Source: Cystobasidiomycetes sp. EMM_F5 (Eukaryota). Taken from it: 64,000 bases of DNA. The DNA is taken from assembly GCA_051047955.1 (NCBI GenBank), contig JBPGPT010000011.1, positions 124,001-188,000 on the forward strand, given 5' to 3'. Numbering within the stretch: the stretch's first letter is position 1; each line of letters begins with the position of its first letter. Position numbers and translations under genes: made by a program. The notes beneath the pieces were generated by a model. It was given only the letters and a program-made list of their open reading frames with translations. It did no database searches and had not been told where the DNA came from. This document shows positions 36,391 through 50,688 of the stretch, piece after piece.

Positions 36391-39300
36391 ATGCTTGCAC
36401 GATGGCGAAGTGCGCTACCATGCATCTGTCAGGCAGGGCGGGAATGCGCAGGTGCCAGCTATGCTGTAAAACGATGGGCGACCGTCGCAAAAGTCCCGCG
36501 AAAGCGGAAAGCAGTATCACCTATAACGACAGTGGAAGCGGAGGCTTCAGATGATACAGATACAAATGCAAACGACGATAAAATACAAGTATCAGACAAG
36601 AACGCCGCCCAGAGCGCAATCCGGTCTGAACGGCTGGCGTACTCGAAGCCGGACGTTGTCAGGTCAAGGCCACCGCTAACGACGTTCAAACGTGGAGGGT
36701 TCGCAAGAGACCTGTTGCAAAACCTCCACGATTTTCCTCACGCCTTACTTCTAACTCGCGTCGGACAATTTTACGAAGTGCGGGGCCATTTCAGCGGATC
36801 CGTCGAAAGTGCTAACATAGCTATACACACAGTCTTACTTTGATCAGGCGATTGAAGTCGCTGACTTGCTCAAGATCCGTCTCACTACAAAGAGTATGGA
36901 AAGTAAACGCTATCCTATGTGCGGTTTTCCAATAGCACAAATGGACAAGTTTCTGGAAAAGCTCGTCAGGGAACATAACCAATTCGTTGCAATCTGCGAA
37001 GAAACGAAAAAGTACAAGAAAGATGGTAGCCTTTTGAGTATTACACGCAAGGTAGTACGCGTTGTCACTCCAGGTATGATCCCCCCATCATGCGATCCCA
37101 CGTTTGGTATGAAGTGCAGTACCGATCTAACCTGCTTCAACAGGCACTCTCGTTGACGAGGCTTTTATCGAAAAGCAGGAACACAACTTTTTATTGGCTA
37201 TAAATATGATAGATCCCGATTCTTCGACAGTTGAGCTCGCATGGATTGACACTTCGACTGGCGAATTGTTTACGCAAGCCTCTTCTCCCGACCCTCGAGT
37301 CCTGTACGAAGACCTTGCACGCATAAATCCGGCAGAAATAGTACTCCCGCTATGGATGTCGCGGGCGGAGCACGGTCGCCATTCTATACACAAGTGCATA
37401 GCGGATCTTGACAGGCGCCCCAAAGTGACGCACCCTCACGTCGCCAGCACAGATGCAGAAGATGCTACTTCTAATCTATATGATGTATCTGCCCAGTCTG
37501 CAGTGCCCTTGCTTTCAGCATACATTAACGAAACGCTGCTGGAGCATCAGCCAGATCTAAGCCATCCCTTGCGGGTCAAGCCAGCAAATACTATGCGTAT
37601 CGACCGAGTCAGTCTCAAAGCGTTGGAAATGAGGCAAAACAATGATGGAGGCCGTAGCGGGACGCTGTTATCGGTGCTCGACCATACCGTCACATCGGCA
37701 GGAATGCGATTGCTGTCTGATCGCATTGCTTCTCCCAGCAAGTCACTGAGCGAAATCAATTCACGTCTATCCCTAGTTGCTCTCTTCAAAGGTGATCCCG
37801 GCCTACGTGATCAGATAATTGCACGCCTTCGCCAGCTGGATGATGAAGCACGCTTGTTGCAAAAGATGTCTATTGGAAGACCGACGGCCGATGATCTCGT
37901 CATTATGGCTAGAGCAATCCGCGTGCATACAGATATAAAAACTGTCTTGAATAGCCGCCTCCGGGACATGGCAGACATTTTCGACCAGACGGATCTGTCA
38001 GTGTTGCGGGCATTGACAGAAGATATTGTTGACCATGACAGCGTTGCTGATCACATCGAGTCTTCCGTTGATGTCCAAGCCCTTGAAGCCCGTCGGATTC
38101 AAGAATCAACTTCTGGAACCCAAATGGCGACTTCGCAACCGGAACCAGTTGACGAGAATGACGAAGAAGGTATCGATGTGTGGAATATACCCGCGAGTTT
38201 GCCCTCTCGAAAACGAGCCGCAACGACACCACCGGAAGACGCGGAAAAGACAGTCGATGCGCGTGGCAGGGCACTGCCGACCGCGATAACATGGGGTAAA
38301 CAGGAAGCCGCAGTGATGCAGCCAAAGTCGGTCTTTTTGAATTTGGCGTATGGGTGTCGAACACATGCTAACACTGCACGGCCGTCTAGCTCGTCGGCTA
38401 TAATGTCCAACATCTATGACAGCATAATCCGGGTGGAAGGGCGTGCCAAACGATTTCATCGGGACCTTCTCAAGCAGATGAATGGTACGCTTTATCTCTT
38501 CAACATCATTCCCACGCTTATTCACCCGATACCGCACAGCCCCACCTGCCGAGATCCTTCTTCGAGTGGTGCCACGCTTCGGACCAGTGCTTCGGATCGG
38601 TTGGAAGAAATCACATACTATGGCCATGCGGGACTCACTCACTGATCTTGATGATAAGGGCGTCATCACTTTGGTCCGTAAAGCGGCGTCCGCCAGACTT
38701 TACGCTCACAATGTCAGTAGAGTGAGATTATCAGAATACGACTGAAGTTACCGCACACAGCACTGGACGAAGTTGAATTCGGAAATGCAAGGTTTGCTAG
38801 TACAACTGCGGGAAGCTGAGAGTTACGCGGTCCGGGAACTGTGTGATAAGGTACGGCCGCACAGCGTGGCAGCACCACAATGTCATCAACTGACGACCGC
38901 CATTGTAGGTCCTCACGTATTGGCATACCCTTCGACGGAATGCCAACATCACAGCAGAATTAGATGTGTCAACTGCTTTAGCGAAAGCTGCAGATGCCCT
39001 AAATCTTTCTCGTCCCAATCTTGATGACAGGTAAATCCGTTAGATAATATTGACGTACACCTTTGTCTGAACTCGCATAGCAGCACAATTCTCGACATTG
39101 TGGACGGGCGCCACCCGGTCGCCGAATCCGAATTGAGCAAGGAAGGCCGGCAGTTCATTCCTAATTCTACGTATATCAGCAACGGGCAAAGATTGCATGT
39201 AGTCACCGGTCCAAACATGTGGGGCAAAGTGCGGCCCGGCAAAATGGCTACAAGCTGATATGCGATCTTTCGACAGGGGAGGCAAATCAACGGCTCTTCG

Positions 39301-40087
39301 TCAAGTCGGCATTATCGTCGCAATGGCTCAGGCTGGATCATTCGTCCCTGCCAGAGCCGCTAATATTGGCATTGTTGATCAGCTGTTTGCTCGGATTCGG
39401 TACAGCGACAACATTGCCCGCGGGAGAAGCTCGTAAGTCGGTCGCAGAGTCGCACAACACAAGTTGACAAGGCGTGCGTGGCAGTTTCCGAGTCGAGATG
39501 GATGACGCGGCCTACATCCTAGAACATGCTACCGATAGGTCTTTGGTACGTGATCCGCGAGAAAGTTGAAGAGCAAACTAACGCGCATAAATACCCGCAT
39601 AGGTATTGCTAGACGAGTTTGGCAGGGGCACTACTGCAGATTACGCAGCATGCATTGCGGAGTCTACAATCTACGCATTGGCGCATCAAATTCGCGCACG
39701 ATCCCTATTTGCAACGCATTTACATGACATTTACGACATAATCAATGACGGACACGCGGAACGTGACGACATCAAAAGCGAAGTAGCATTCTTTTGTACG
39801 CGTATGTCAGACGATACGCACCTGCAGACACCGGTAAGGGTTGGCAATCGTAACCATGCACCCATTGCTGACGCCTCGCATGAAACAGGAATCTCTTCAG
39901 TATTTATATCGCTTGGAACCCGGCGTCAACAGGAATGCCGAGGCCTTCAAGGTGCGAGCCAATTACAGGTCTGTTTGCTGATGCCACGTTAATGAGCATA
40001 ACACAGGTGGCATCACTTGCGGGTTATCCGCAAGAACTCCTCAGCAGAGCCCAGCGCATATACGCCCACAGAGGTTTGGCTTCGTGA
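36391..40087 (+). CDS. MSH1: MutS homolog, mitochondrial Msh1-type
   Basis: [42 protein letters not shown], Walker [34 protein letters not shown]; basic N-terminal presequence. Confidence 0.88.
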
Positions 40088-40128
40088 GATCATCCCTCTG
40101 CGACGTTTCCTCACATGCCTTCGTATTT

Positions 40129-43100
40129 CTATGGAAAGAGGGCTGAGTGCCGCGACTTTGTTTTGGTGCTTCGGCTTACCGCAACCATGTCTTGTGCTCT
40201 TTGTATCAATCGCGCTTGACCTCTTTTGTCCATAGTGGCAAAGGCTCTGGCCATGGCGGCAGGACTTTGATAGTCCAGGCTTTCTGCCAGCTCTGCCAGG
40301 ATCTCTGCAATGGGCTGAGTAAGAAGGATTTTAAGGGCAAGGGGCTCCTCACCTCCACGAACATCTCCGCCTTGGAACAGCATCTCGAATGGGTCCTTGT
40401 GCTCTTCGGCAGTCTCCGACTTCACTCCCTTGCTGGGTGCCCATGAGGAAGCCATTTTCATTTTCACGTTCGAAGCACGCTGATTGGAAGTGTGTCCGCG
40501 CTTACGAGCATCGCTGAATTCCTGCTCCAACCCGACGTTCAGTCTCCAAGTGACCGGTGAAACAGATACACGCACCCTGACTGCAGCTTTCGAGATCCGT
40601 TCCTCCGTAGTCGAATGGCGTACCAGGCTCTGACACACTATCAGTAAGTCATGATGCTTCCTCCGCGAACGGCGGCGCAAGTTACCGTATGTGAATGAGT
40701 ATACGTCACACCGTTGCTGCGAAGTATACGTGCGATTTCATCGTCGTCGTTTTCTTGATTCTCCCCTTTGACGCCTGACACCATGGCATCTAGTACCGCC
40801 TGATTGTCTATCAGTCCATCTTCGGTCTGGACTGGCAGTACTGCATCTTCATCCTCTTCGTCAACCGCTTTCTTCTTCCCCTTGCCCGACTTGGTGATTG
40901 TATGGTTAAGCAAAGCGTAGCTGGAGTGAGGAATCAGCGTTGCTACCCCTCAACGCGTGAGCCCGTTTCGCGTACCTTAGCTCCGAGATTTGCGCTTGTT
41001 CAATGGAGTGCTTGGTGCGGCTGGATGCCTCATTAAAGCGGAAGATGTTTTTCTGCATCCCGACAATGTCAGCCAGGCCGGTAGATCGCGAGCCGGATGT
41101 TACTTGGTCCACTGACCACGCCAAACAGCTCGCCGTGGTTGTTCGGGTCGTCCTGTACTCCGACGAACATTCGCGATGGTGCAGCTGCATTGTAGGCAAT
41201 CTCTGCCTGGTGCTGCTTGTATATTTGGCGTGTATATATGAGCTCTTCCAGCGAACCAGCGCCTATGAGTCGATAGACGAAGACATCTCTGGTCTGACCC
41301 CTGCAATGTCACCATCAGATAGGTAGATCTGCGTTATCTCTATGCGCAACGAACCAGCGATACGAGCGGTCCATGGCTTGTAGATCAGCGACCGGGTTCC
41401 AATTTGGGTCACTATGGCAAATTCAGTACGCATCGAGATGCGAAAACACCTAGCTTCGACGACTCACAATATGACCACGCGATTAGCAGCTGTGAGATTC
41501 AAGCCAACGCCCCCAGCGAAAGTTGAGATGAGAAAGATAAACTTGTTGCCCTGTGGATTATTGAATTCATCGCATAACGGTAGGCCTGAGGGAGTATTAC
41601 TGATCTGCTCTTCAGAACAGTGAGTGATAACATACGCTTCTCGGTAGGCACCTGCCCATCCAGTCTGACTAACTCATACGGAACTGGCGACAGTCCGTCA
41701 GCAATGATATCAATCGAGTGTTTCTCGCTGCGTACCCCGCTCCAGCCAGTATTGCAGGGCATCTAGGAGGCGAGTCGAACGCGAGAACAACAATACCTAA
41801 AGGCAGGTCGTGTTAAATACGTGGACATGCGAAAGGCGAGCCCTGAGCCTACCTTGTCGCCCCTCTCCTTCCATCGCGCGAGTAAGTCCTTGAGTACCTT
41901 CAGTGCGATATCATACTTAGATAGCGAATTTCCGCAAGCTCTGTTACTTACTGGCCACTTCCCGCACAATGACGAGTCCATGTCGACGAAGCTGCTGGCA
42001 TACCTTTCGGGGCCACGCGCCTTGAAGCTGTCTGGGAATGCGAGCCTTGTGATTTCCATGTCTTGTGCAAATTTGGGTGGATCCTTTACTCTATCCGCTT
42101 TGTCTGTGCAATGTTCTTAGACCGCGCAAGGATACAAGGTAGAGGAATCACATACTTGGGTAGATTAGAACAGCGTGGTTTGCCACTTTACTGAACACGG
42201 CCAGCCATTTCAACATTGGCATATACCACCTGTCATGGCAGCAGTTCTTGGCAGCGTAAGGCAGTCTGGTAAAAGACGTATTGAGTTCATGGAACGCCCG
42301 CTGTACACTTTAGCACGGACCCGGCATCATCGGTATTGCCGCATGGACAGGGTTCGTCATGGGTCAGAATAATCTGGACTTCCGGATGGCAAAGGAGTCG
42401 CTTATATGCGCTGGTTTGGTCTTCAGTGAGAGGGCAGAAGACGATTTGGTCCGTTTTCTTTGGGAGCTGTGGATTTTCGATGAGTTCTGTCCATTTCCTT
42501 GCGCAGGCTGACAGCATACCTGATCCGCTATTAACTCTTTTGTCCTATATTCGGATATCAGGTGTTGCAATGTTATGGTGGTAGATGGCACGCTGACCTT
42601 CTGAGGAAGAAGTGAGGTAGTAAATACTGGACGAGCGCTACGGCTCGCGTCTGTCAGCATCGCATGCAGTGTTAGATTGAACGAACAAAGACAACATATC
42701 TGGCTCACTCTACCAATCGCGAGTTGCGCTTGGGTAGCGTCCTTCTTCTGTGCATCTTTCAACGGGGTTTCAACATAGTCTTTCCACTGACTAGCATCGC
42801 CTATGCAGCCTGGGAAACACCAGTCAAGGAGCGTATGCAGCTCTGAATAGCGGTTCTGCATGGCTGTCCCCGTCAAGCCAAATCTCGTTTTGCAAGCGAA
42901 TTTATGGAAGGCGATGGTTGTTTGCGAGGTAGGATTCTTTACTCGATGAGCCTCGTCGACAAAGATACAGGAAAAGTCCAAGTCACAGAGATCTAATATA
43001 TTCTTCCTCACGCTCTCGACCCCCGCGATGACTGCCGGGCGTCCTGTTCAGCTGATCATCTCGGAAGGGGAAGGTAGGGTACGCACCAACGTCGAGACGC

Positions 43101-44994
43101 CCGCGCTTGAAGTTTCGGATCACATGACGTTCCTTTTCGTGCCCAGGTCTGTATATTTCAGCGGACAGATAGGTCCACTTTTCGGAGCGAGCTGAGCAAT
43201 GTGCAACGTAGTACATGCAACAAAGCTCACTGTTGCAAACTCCCTTGCCCAATTTTCGAGCACACTTGCAGGAGCGATGATGAGCGCGGTCGGCCCGTGG
43301 TCTGTCGGCTTGTTGATATTCCCAAGCATATCATCGTTTCTTTCGATGCGGCGATTTTCTTCCGAGGGCTGACACCGGTGACCTGGCGGCACGTATCAGG
43401 CCATAAGTATCATGTAGATTTACGAGTGCCTGAAAGACTTACGCATTATAGCTGCCAAGAAGGCAATGACCTGAATTGTCTTACCCAGACCTGCGCAAGA
43501 GGTCGTTCAGACTTGGTTGTACGCGACTCGTCCCGGAACTTACCCATATCATCACCGAGTAGACCGCCTTCGCCAGTACGATAGTGCTCCCAGAAGAATC
43601 TAACGCCTTCTTGCTGATACTTTCGAAGAAAGCGGTTGATGGCCTTTGGCACCTCTACGGCATGTCCAGCTGCATCTGTACCTAAGCGAAAAGGACCTAG
43701 AGCAGCCTGCTCGGATGTCTTTATGTCAAAGTGTGGTCGGGCATCCATTTGTTGGTATGGCTTGAAAGCCATTTCTGGCTTTTGTCCACGTTCGGATCTT
43801 CGCTTCATCCATGCGGCATACTTCGGGTGCGTGACTGGTAGATCCGGAACAGCGTCGCTGTCACTTTGCGTTCCACTGTCTTCGGTCTTCACAGTTTTGT
43901 CCGCTTCGCGCTGTACACTGGAAGTAGAAGTCGCAGCGGTGACGAGTTTCGATTTGAAGTTGGGCAACTGCTGTTTCGATTTCCGGCGGGCAAGCTGAGC
44001 CTTGTATCCTTCTGGATCCACAATTGGGCTGATATCTTCCGAAGAGCTGCTGTCAATCTCCGTTGCACGCAAATTATCTTGCGGGGCATCTTCTTCCTTC
44101 TTGATTGGCAATGTCATACTTCTCGCCGCATTGCGTGCGGATGGGTTGCCGTGGTCGCTGTCTTCAGTTGCACTTGAATCAGCTCGTGGCCTTTCCGGCG
44201 ATTTCTTTTGCGACATCTTCCAGCTCGGCTTTGCGTGACTCCCTATCTTTGACTGCCCAGGGAAGATCCGCTTGATGTCGGCGGCTTCGTCTTCCGAAGA
44301 TTCAGCTTTGATCTTGGCTCTTTTCCCTTCGTGAGCAGAGTGGAGATGTAGCTGTTGCCGACGGCGCCGACTTCTAGCGTAAAAGGCGCGGGAAGTGTCC
44401 GACAACTCCTTTGCGCAATCTGTATCTATAGATCCGCTAGAAGAGTCGCTATTGGACGCCATACACTCCAATTCAATGTCTGCGGACAAGCAATGTTTGT
44501 ATCTGCAAATTTGCAGGCGGAACAAGAGCACGCACCTAGTAGTTTGATGAGTGGATTGCGTCTCCTCTCGCGGATGGCCCATTTGGACGTCTTTACTTCG
44601 CGGGCCTGACCTGTTTACACGTCCGCACGGTGTGGCGTCGTCAACAACGAGCCCAGCGTTGCCCAAGCGCGTCCGCACCTTGCTTGTAAGCTTTCCGAGT
44701 CTTCTTGGTCTGCAGCTCCTTCTCAGTAGCTGGAGCTTTCTTGCGCCGTTTACCAGGATTTGCAGCTCGTTCAGCTCTCTCGACCTGATCTTGGGCAATA
44801 TCAGCCAGCATATCCTTGCCAAAGTCGTCATCATCTTGGCTGGACGAGCTGCTCTCGAGATCCATCCGCAGCTCCTCGTTGTCGTACGATACGCTGGCGT
44901 CGCGGCTCCTGCCTGCAGTCCAGTCATATTTCTTGACCGGGCGTGACGTTGTTGTGGTTTTCGCAACAGTCTGGGTCACGGCCCCGGCTGGCAT
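40129..44994 (-). CDS. SNF2-family ATPase, ERCC6L2/Rad26-like
   Basis: AINRFLRKYQQEGVRF..GGLLGDDMGLGKTIQ, DEAHRVKN, GLTGTAMQN, GVGLNLTAANRVVI.DPNWNP..DLQAMDRSYR, EELIYARQIYKQ..GVQ..GELFG. Confidence 0.88.
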
Positions 44995-45184
44995 GACCGA
45001 GACGGCTTTGTATGGACATAGACGACCGTGAGAGCTGGAATATGGAACGTAAAGAAGGGCAGCAAAGTCCTTTTGCGATTCTAACAAACGGTGTGGCGAT
45101 TCTTGAGTGTATCTTGTTACATCAACAGGACAAGCAAATACAATGTATGCTACATAGGGTGAGTGAGATAAAGTGCTTGCTAGC

Positions 45185-46687
45185 TCAAGCTGTAAACACC
45201 GTTGGTTGGTAGACAGAACTCGGCGGTGCGGGATTGGACATTTGCGCTCGCACAGAAGGGGCAGGCCCGGCAGGGAGCTCTGTTTGTGAACAGCTGAAAC
45301 CTCGAGACGGCCTCTGACCGTTATGTGCGCCTTTGATAAACATCGCATGCTCCCGTAAAGGTATCGCCATGCCAGACCGTAGGGCTCTAGCTAGCGCCTC
45401 TGTAGCATTCTGGCGGTCGTCACCGGTCTGCAAAGACGCCAATACGCTGACCATTTGCAAGCGGCGAGCAGAGGCGGTCCGCGCAGTTGCTACAATATTA
45501 ATAGACGTATTCGCATACGTTCCTGGTTCTATTGGCTGTGTTTGACCGGGTGAGGCAGCAGCCGAGAATATCACAGCGAGCTACATCAAAAGCCACATCA
45601 GGATTGCATTAGTCCATGGGAGAGAGAGCCGCTCACCCTGTCAACAATTGGCAAAACTAGGTGATCCCGAAACGATTTGAGCGCCGTTCCTCGGATGTCT
45701 ACCCCATCGGAGTCTTTCATTTGCCTGTCACTCTGTTCACTGACGCTCTTTGCGTGGTTGCGCACTTGTGCGGCGGCTTGGATTTGTCGGATAGAAGTAT
45801 CCGTACGGAGCGGGAGGAATATACCTTCGATGTAGGGAAGACAACCAATGAAGAAGAAGTTCCAGACTTCAGTCTTGGGATGTAGAGTAAGCCATTGAGT
45901 AACACTGATACGGAGTGAGAGACTCACTATACGGACTAGCAGTTTCTCGTCACTGAGGTTGATGAGTTTGGTGTTCAAAGTTAGCATCCCCATTGCCAGA
46001 ACGTCTGTCAAGTCGTTGTGCATAGTATGGATAACGGCGCTTGTTGGACCTAGTCGTTGCACCGTGTGCTTGACGTGAAGTGTTACGAGGTCATTCAGAT
46101 CTTCTAGATAGCCTCGCTGGCCTTCGCCATTGCTATCAAAGCGGCTCAGTCACGATGCGATTCTTCCAACAATTTACTCACAACAACGGCAGAGTACGAA
46201 CGCATACAGCCGTCCAAGCATCGCTGTCACCAGGGACACTGGCTCCAGACGTCAGTCCGGCATTTTGGGTGGAATTGCTGCCACCTGGCAGATTGCCGCT
46301 TGCAGAACCGAGACCGGACGTAGCTTCGATTCTATTTATTGTACTTGCTACTAGTCTAGCATCGTAGCTGCCGTGCTGGTGGCCCAACGAGGTCGCAAGA
46401 CTGGGAGGTATAAATGACGATTGACTCTGCGCCGACGAGGTGGGGACTCTAGGAGAAGCAGGCGGATGCGTTACAGGACTATCGCGGATTCCAGAGGCGC
46501 CCAGGCTGGGTGACGGAGTGCCAGAATGTCCAGCAAGCGGGCCAGCCGATGTGGATCTTACAAAGAAGTTTGGAGAGTTCGCGCCAGACAACGCGGACGA
46601 TGATGTCGACCGCACAGGATGATGCTGCATGCCAATGCCAGGCGAATGCAGGCTCTGCGATGAGTGAGACATCGGCAGCATACTCAT
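45185..46687 (-). CDS. HbrB/Bit61/PRR5-like TORC2 subunit
   Basis: DAWTAVCVRTLPL, EVWNFFFIGCLPYIEGIFLPL, DIRGTALKSFRDHLVLP, RLQMVSVLASLQTGDDRQ. Start uncertain. Confidence 0.78.
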
Positions 46688-47335
46688 TTTCGACGCGGTC
46701 CCGCCGTGGGGTGCGAAACGAACTAATGCGGACAGTACTTTCATACGCGGCAAAGATGCTGAATATATGTCGTGTATGGGACTGCGAAGACTCGTACTAA
46801 TACACTGACTGTCTGTTGTAGCCCTGACTGATGCGGAATTCAAAATTGAGCGACTCTTCACTCTGCCTGCTCGCTCATGTATTTAAAGGCAGCTGAAACA
46901 CTGTGCTGCTCAGACACTCTAACCCTTCCGTCTCTAACGTCGCAATCGTATCACTCTCTTGAAGTTGTACCAGGTCGCTGACACGTATATTCTGTATAGC
47001 CACCCAAATACGGCTTCGGGTACTGCCCTCGACTGCATCTAACGCCTCCTTTCAAGACATCCACCGTGAGTCCTGGAAAAAGGTGTATTTGGCGTTATCG
47101 ACTTGGAACCGCGGTCGCGTGCCTGGGCAGTTGCGCAAACAACAATCAAAGGCATTTAGGTTGGGTGACAGCCGTTCGTCCGTCCAAACACTGATCTCCC
47201 AGTCTTGGATGTCGCGCAACAGAATTGCTTTCAAAATCGAATCTTTCGCTGCGTCTTGGTCTTGACTTATTTTCTGGACTCGAAGAGCTCGCTCCACTAT
47301 CAATCCCAGCTTACTATCTACAAGTACCGTACATC

Positions 47336-47993
47336 ATGGGTGGGGAAGTCTCTGCAACTGTCGTCGGGTTCTTGCTGCCGATGTGCATGTGCATATGTGC
47401 GCCCTTCACCGTCTGCACTGCCCCTCAATGCGGCAGCTGACCAGCTTTCTCCATCGCAGCCTTTATGCTGGGTGCATACATTGTTCATTGGTTTGGTCGC
47501 GCGGTAAGCATGGTCTGCTCAACTTTCTCCACTAGCCACCAAACTTATCTCGACATTACCATCAGCAACGCCGCAAAACCCGCACAGCTCATGAGGAGCT
47601 TCTGAGAGAAAAGGATGCCTTTAAAGAAAAGGAAATTCTCACTCATCAAGCTGCGTCGCGTCGGTTCTCTGACGAAGCCGAGCAATGGCGCAAACAAGCT
47701 GAGCTGAACCGGGCGGCCAGTGATAATTATAAGCGCCTGCTAGAGTGAGCGCGACCTTCTTTTGCTACAAACCTCGAATACTGATAAGTGTCTGTATCCT
47801 GTATCAGCACCCATGGCATCAAGTACGAGAGGGCTACCATGCTCTTCAGCCCTGGCTCCGAAGCTACTGTATGTCTTCGAAATACAAACGCCGTTACACT
47901 CCTTCTCTGATGCTTGCGCACTTTTACCAGGCTGTAGACGGTGTCGACAATCTACGGAGCCTCTCGCAGAACTCGATGCTAAAGAACATGTAG
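47336..47993 (+). CDS. Small orphan single-pass membrane protein with a coiled-coil tail (~135 aa, 5 exons)
   Basis: Four short GT-AG introns join MGGEVSATVVGFLLPMCMCISFMLGAYIVHWFGRA|QRRKTRTAHEELLREK..NYKRLLD|THGIKYERATMLFSPGSEAT|AVDGVDNLRSLSQNSMLKNM*. Confidence 0.65.
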
Positions 47994-48313
47994 CTCCGTG
48001 ACGATCTGTGCACTGGGAGGCGACTGTGCAGTCAGTCATCTTCCGCCTATGGCTGATATTCCTGCCATCAAGTAGCATTCCGATATCTACTCATAGCCTT
48101 GCCACACTGTTGTTTGTTATCTCATAAGCATGCAAGCCAGTCTTGCGAGGTTTCGTACCTCTTTCAGCTCCACTCGCAATCGATACGGCGGTCACTATGA
48201 GCATGCGTGGAATACTCATTGGCGGTCACGACAGACACTTGAAAATAAGGTGAAATCACAGGCATGCAGCAACTTGCACCGGGGCGAAGTCAACAATCAA
48301 TCTTAGACTCTTG

Positions 48314-49929
48314 TCACAGAGATGTAGTTGCGTCCAGCTCAATTGTCGGAACGACATTTGACAAGAATTTGAGGAAGACTAAGAGATCTGTTTCAAGGTG
48401 TCAGCCATGTATGAATAAGCCAACCGGGTGCATCACATACATTGATCCACGCGAAGGCCCTCCACGTCATCCTCTGGCGCAGACTGCGCGACAGAGCTTC
48501 CCGAAGTTCCACCTACTCCAGCTACCTTCTTCACGGCACTGGTGATACCCCATCCCTTCTTCTTTGACTTGAGGTTGCCTTCTAGTGATCCAGTCGCAGG
48601 GGACACATCCATTCCACTCTCTAGGGCTTTCTGCTTACGTTGCTGTTCTCGCACAGCGTTGTTCATTCGCTCAATGACAATCTTCATCACGTTGGCATGC
48701 TTGCATGGATGCACGCTCGCAAGAGATATTCCTTCTCTGTGCGGGAACGGCTCGATAGTGACAGTCTTCTGGGCATAGTCTGCCGCGACGTCTTCGAAGA
48801 TCTCGGCCGTCGTTAGGGGTTGTCGTGTTGGCGAAAAGCCAGACAACCACATTCGAGGAGTTTGGTAGAATTTGTCGTACGTGATTGAGCAATCGTACGT
48901 GCGCACCGACAGTACATTACTGGACAGAGTCTGACCGGCAGACTGCCCTTGAGTGGCAGCAGTAGCGGCAGCTTCATCCTCAGGTTCCGTTACGCCGGTT
49001 CCTTCTAGCCCGTCATCCTCAATGTCTGGTATATCATCAATTTGCGGCACTGCACTGCCGGATGAGCCCGCGGTACTCGGATCCGCTATGGACAAGCCGG
49101 CCATGTTTTCCTGCAGAGCGCTTGTGGATGCGTGCGCAATATGGGTATTGTGATCATCTGGAATCTCTGCGGCATTGTGACGACTGTCACGATCTGAGGA
49201 GGACGTAGGAAATGTCAATGCAAGCAGCGGGAAAAGGTCGGTTTACATACGCTTTGATCCTGCATGAGTTGCGACCCATTCGTCTCCTGCATCGTCTTCT
49301 TCTCCGAGTATCTCGCTTGCTCTAAAGGTCAGCAACTCCTCCCTGTCGTCGTCTGTGCCGTCTCCAGAATAATCTTGCATCTGCGAAACTCGTCGTATAC
49401 ACGGCACTACCGGTCGGTATGTGGCGTTCGAGTGCGTGTGCGCAGCGTCATCAAATGATGGCCCGAGTCAGCGGATATAGTCTAGCGATTCTACTGGAAG
49501 TACACGCACCATTCTTCTGTGTCAAGTACTGCTTTGTTGGCGGGAGAAAGTCGCGTTGTTTGGACTTGTCGCCGCTCTCCCATTGCCAGGTCGGAAACTT
49601 GTAGACGAGAAAGTCGCCAGCAGCTACAAACTCTTCCGGAGTAATTCTGGGGTGCCATTGAATGCGTTTGTCAGTGCATTGAATGTTTGTGGGGACAGAT
49701 GATGGATACGGTTCCCCAGTCGACAAGGCCTGCCGGTGCACTACCGCCGGACGACAAAGACACTGAACTCACTTGCCAGACTCCTTGAACTTGCTGTCCC
49801 GGAGGACTGGAGCCAGATAGTCCCTGGCAGCCCAGTACTGCGTCTGAACAAGCCCATTGCCAGTTCAGCTCCTGGTCGATGCGGCGGTATGACTGGGCAG
49901 ACCTGTATTGCGTTCTGGAGCGACTGCAT
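48314..49929 (-). CDS. ATG3: Autophagy E2-like enzyme Atg3
   Basis: [50 protein letters not shown], catalytic [28 protein letters not shown]. Confidence 0.96.
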
Positions 49930-50688
49930 GGCTGGACTGGCAGTGTAGCCTGTTTACTAATAGGTGGGCGGTAAACTTCAAGTCTTGACGGCGTGGTTGT
50001 AATGCAATCCCGCTTGACTGCCGGCCGACTAGACGTACAAACGGCGCTCTTGCGATTCCCATCGTTGCATCTTTTTGCACAGCCATAAGTGCACGTACAG
50101 CATGGACACCATACTCAGAACGGCTGCCTTCTTGCGGCGACCACGGCAGCCATGGTCTTTACAGCAAAAGGCTGCGTATATTACTGCTTACCAGATAGGA
50201 TATAACTGAACGAATTGATCAAAGCTATCTGATGCCTTCACACCTCTGTCAAGATGGTCGCATCCTCGTTGCCTGCAGCGTTGTCGGTCTCTCCCAATGC
50301 CTCCAACTGTCAACATACCTTTTAAGGACTTGGCAGCTTGGCACATACGGGAGACCGCATGCGGTCGCGTTCTGGCCCGACTCTAAATGACAAATGGACG
50401 GAGGACATGCCTCCTTCGTGACTAATCTTCGTTTCAGACACGCTCTGGGCCTCCGGGCTGATGCTCCGAGCTTTGGGTTGTTGCTAAACTTTTCAAGATT
50501 CCGCGTCGCGTTTGGCTCGCAAAAGCGAACCGATGCTTTTACATGTTAGCCCATCTCTCCGACTTATTGACCAAGAGGCAACATTTGTGCTCGTTGACTT
50601 TTGATCACCCTCCCTCCCGTCGTTTTCGTCTTTACGTCGCGTTCCGATTCTCAGTCTTCTGTCTGTGCAAACGCATCTAGAAAACATC

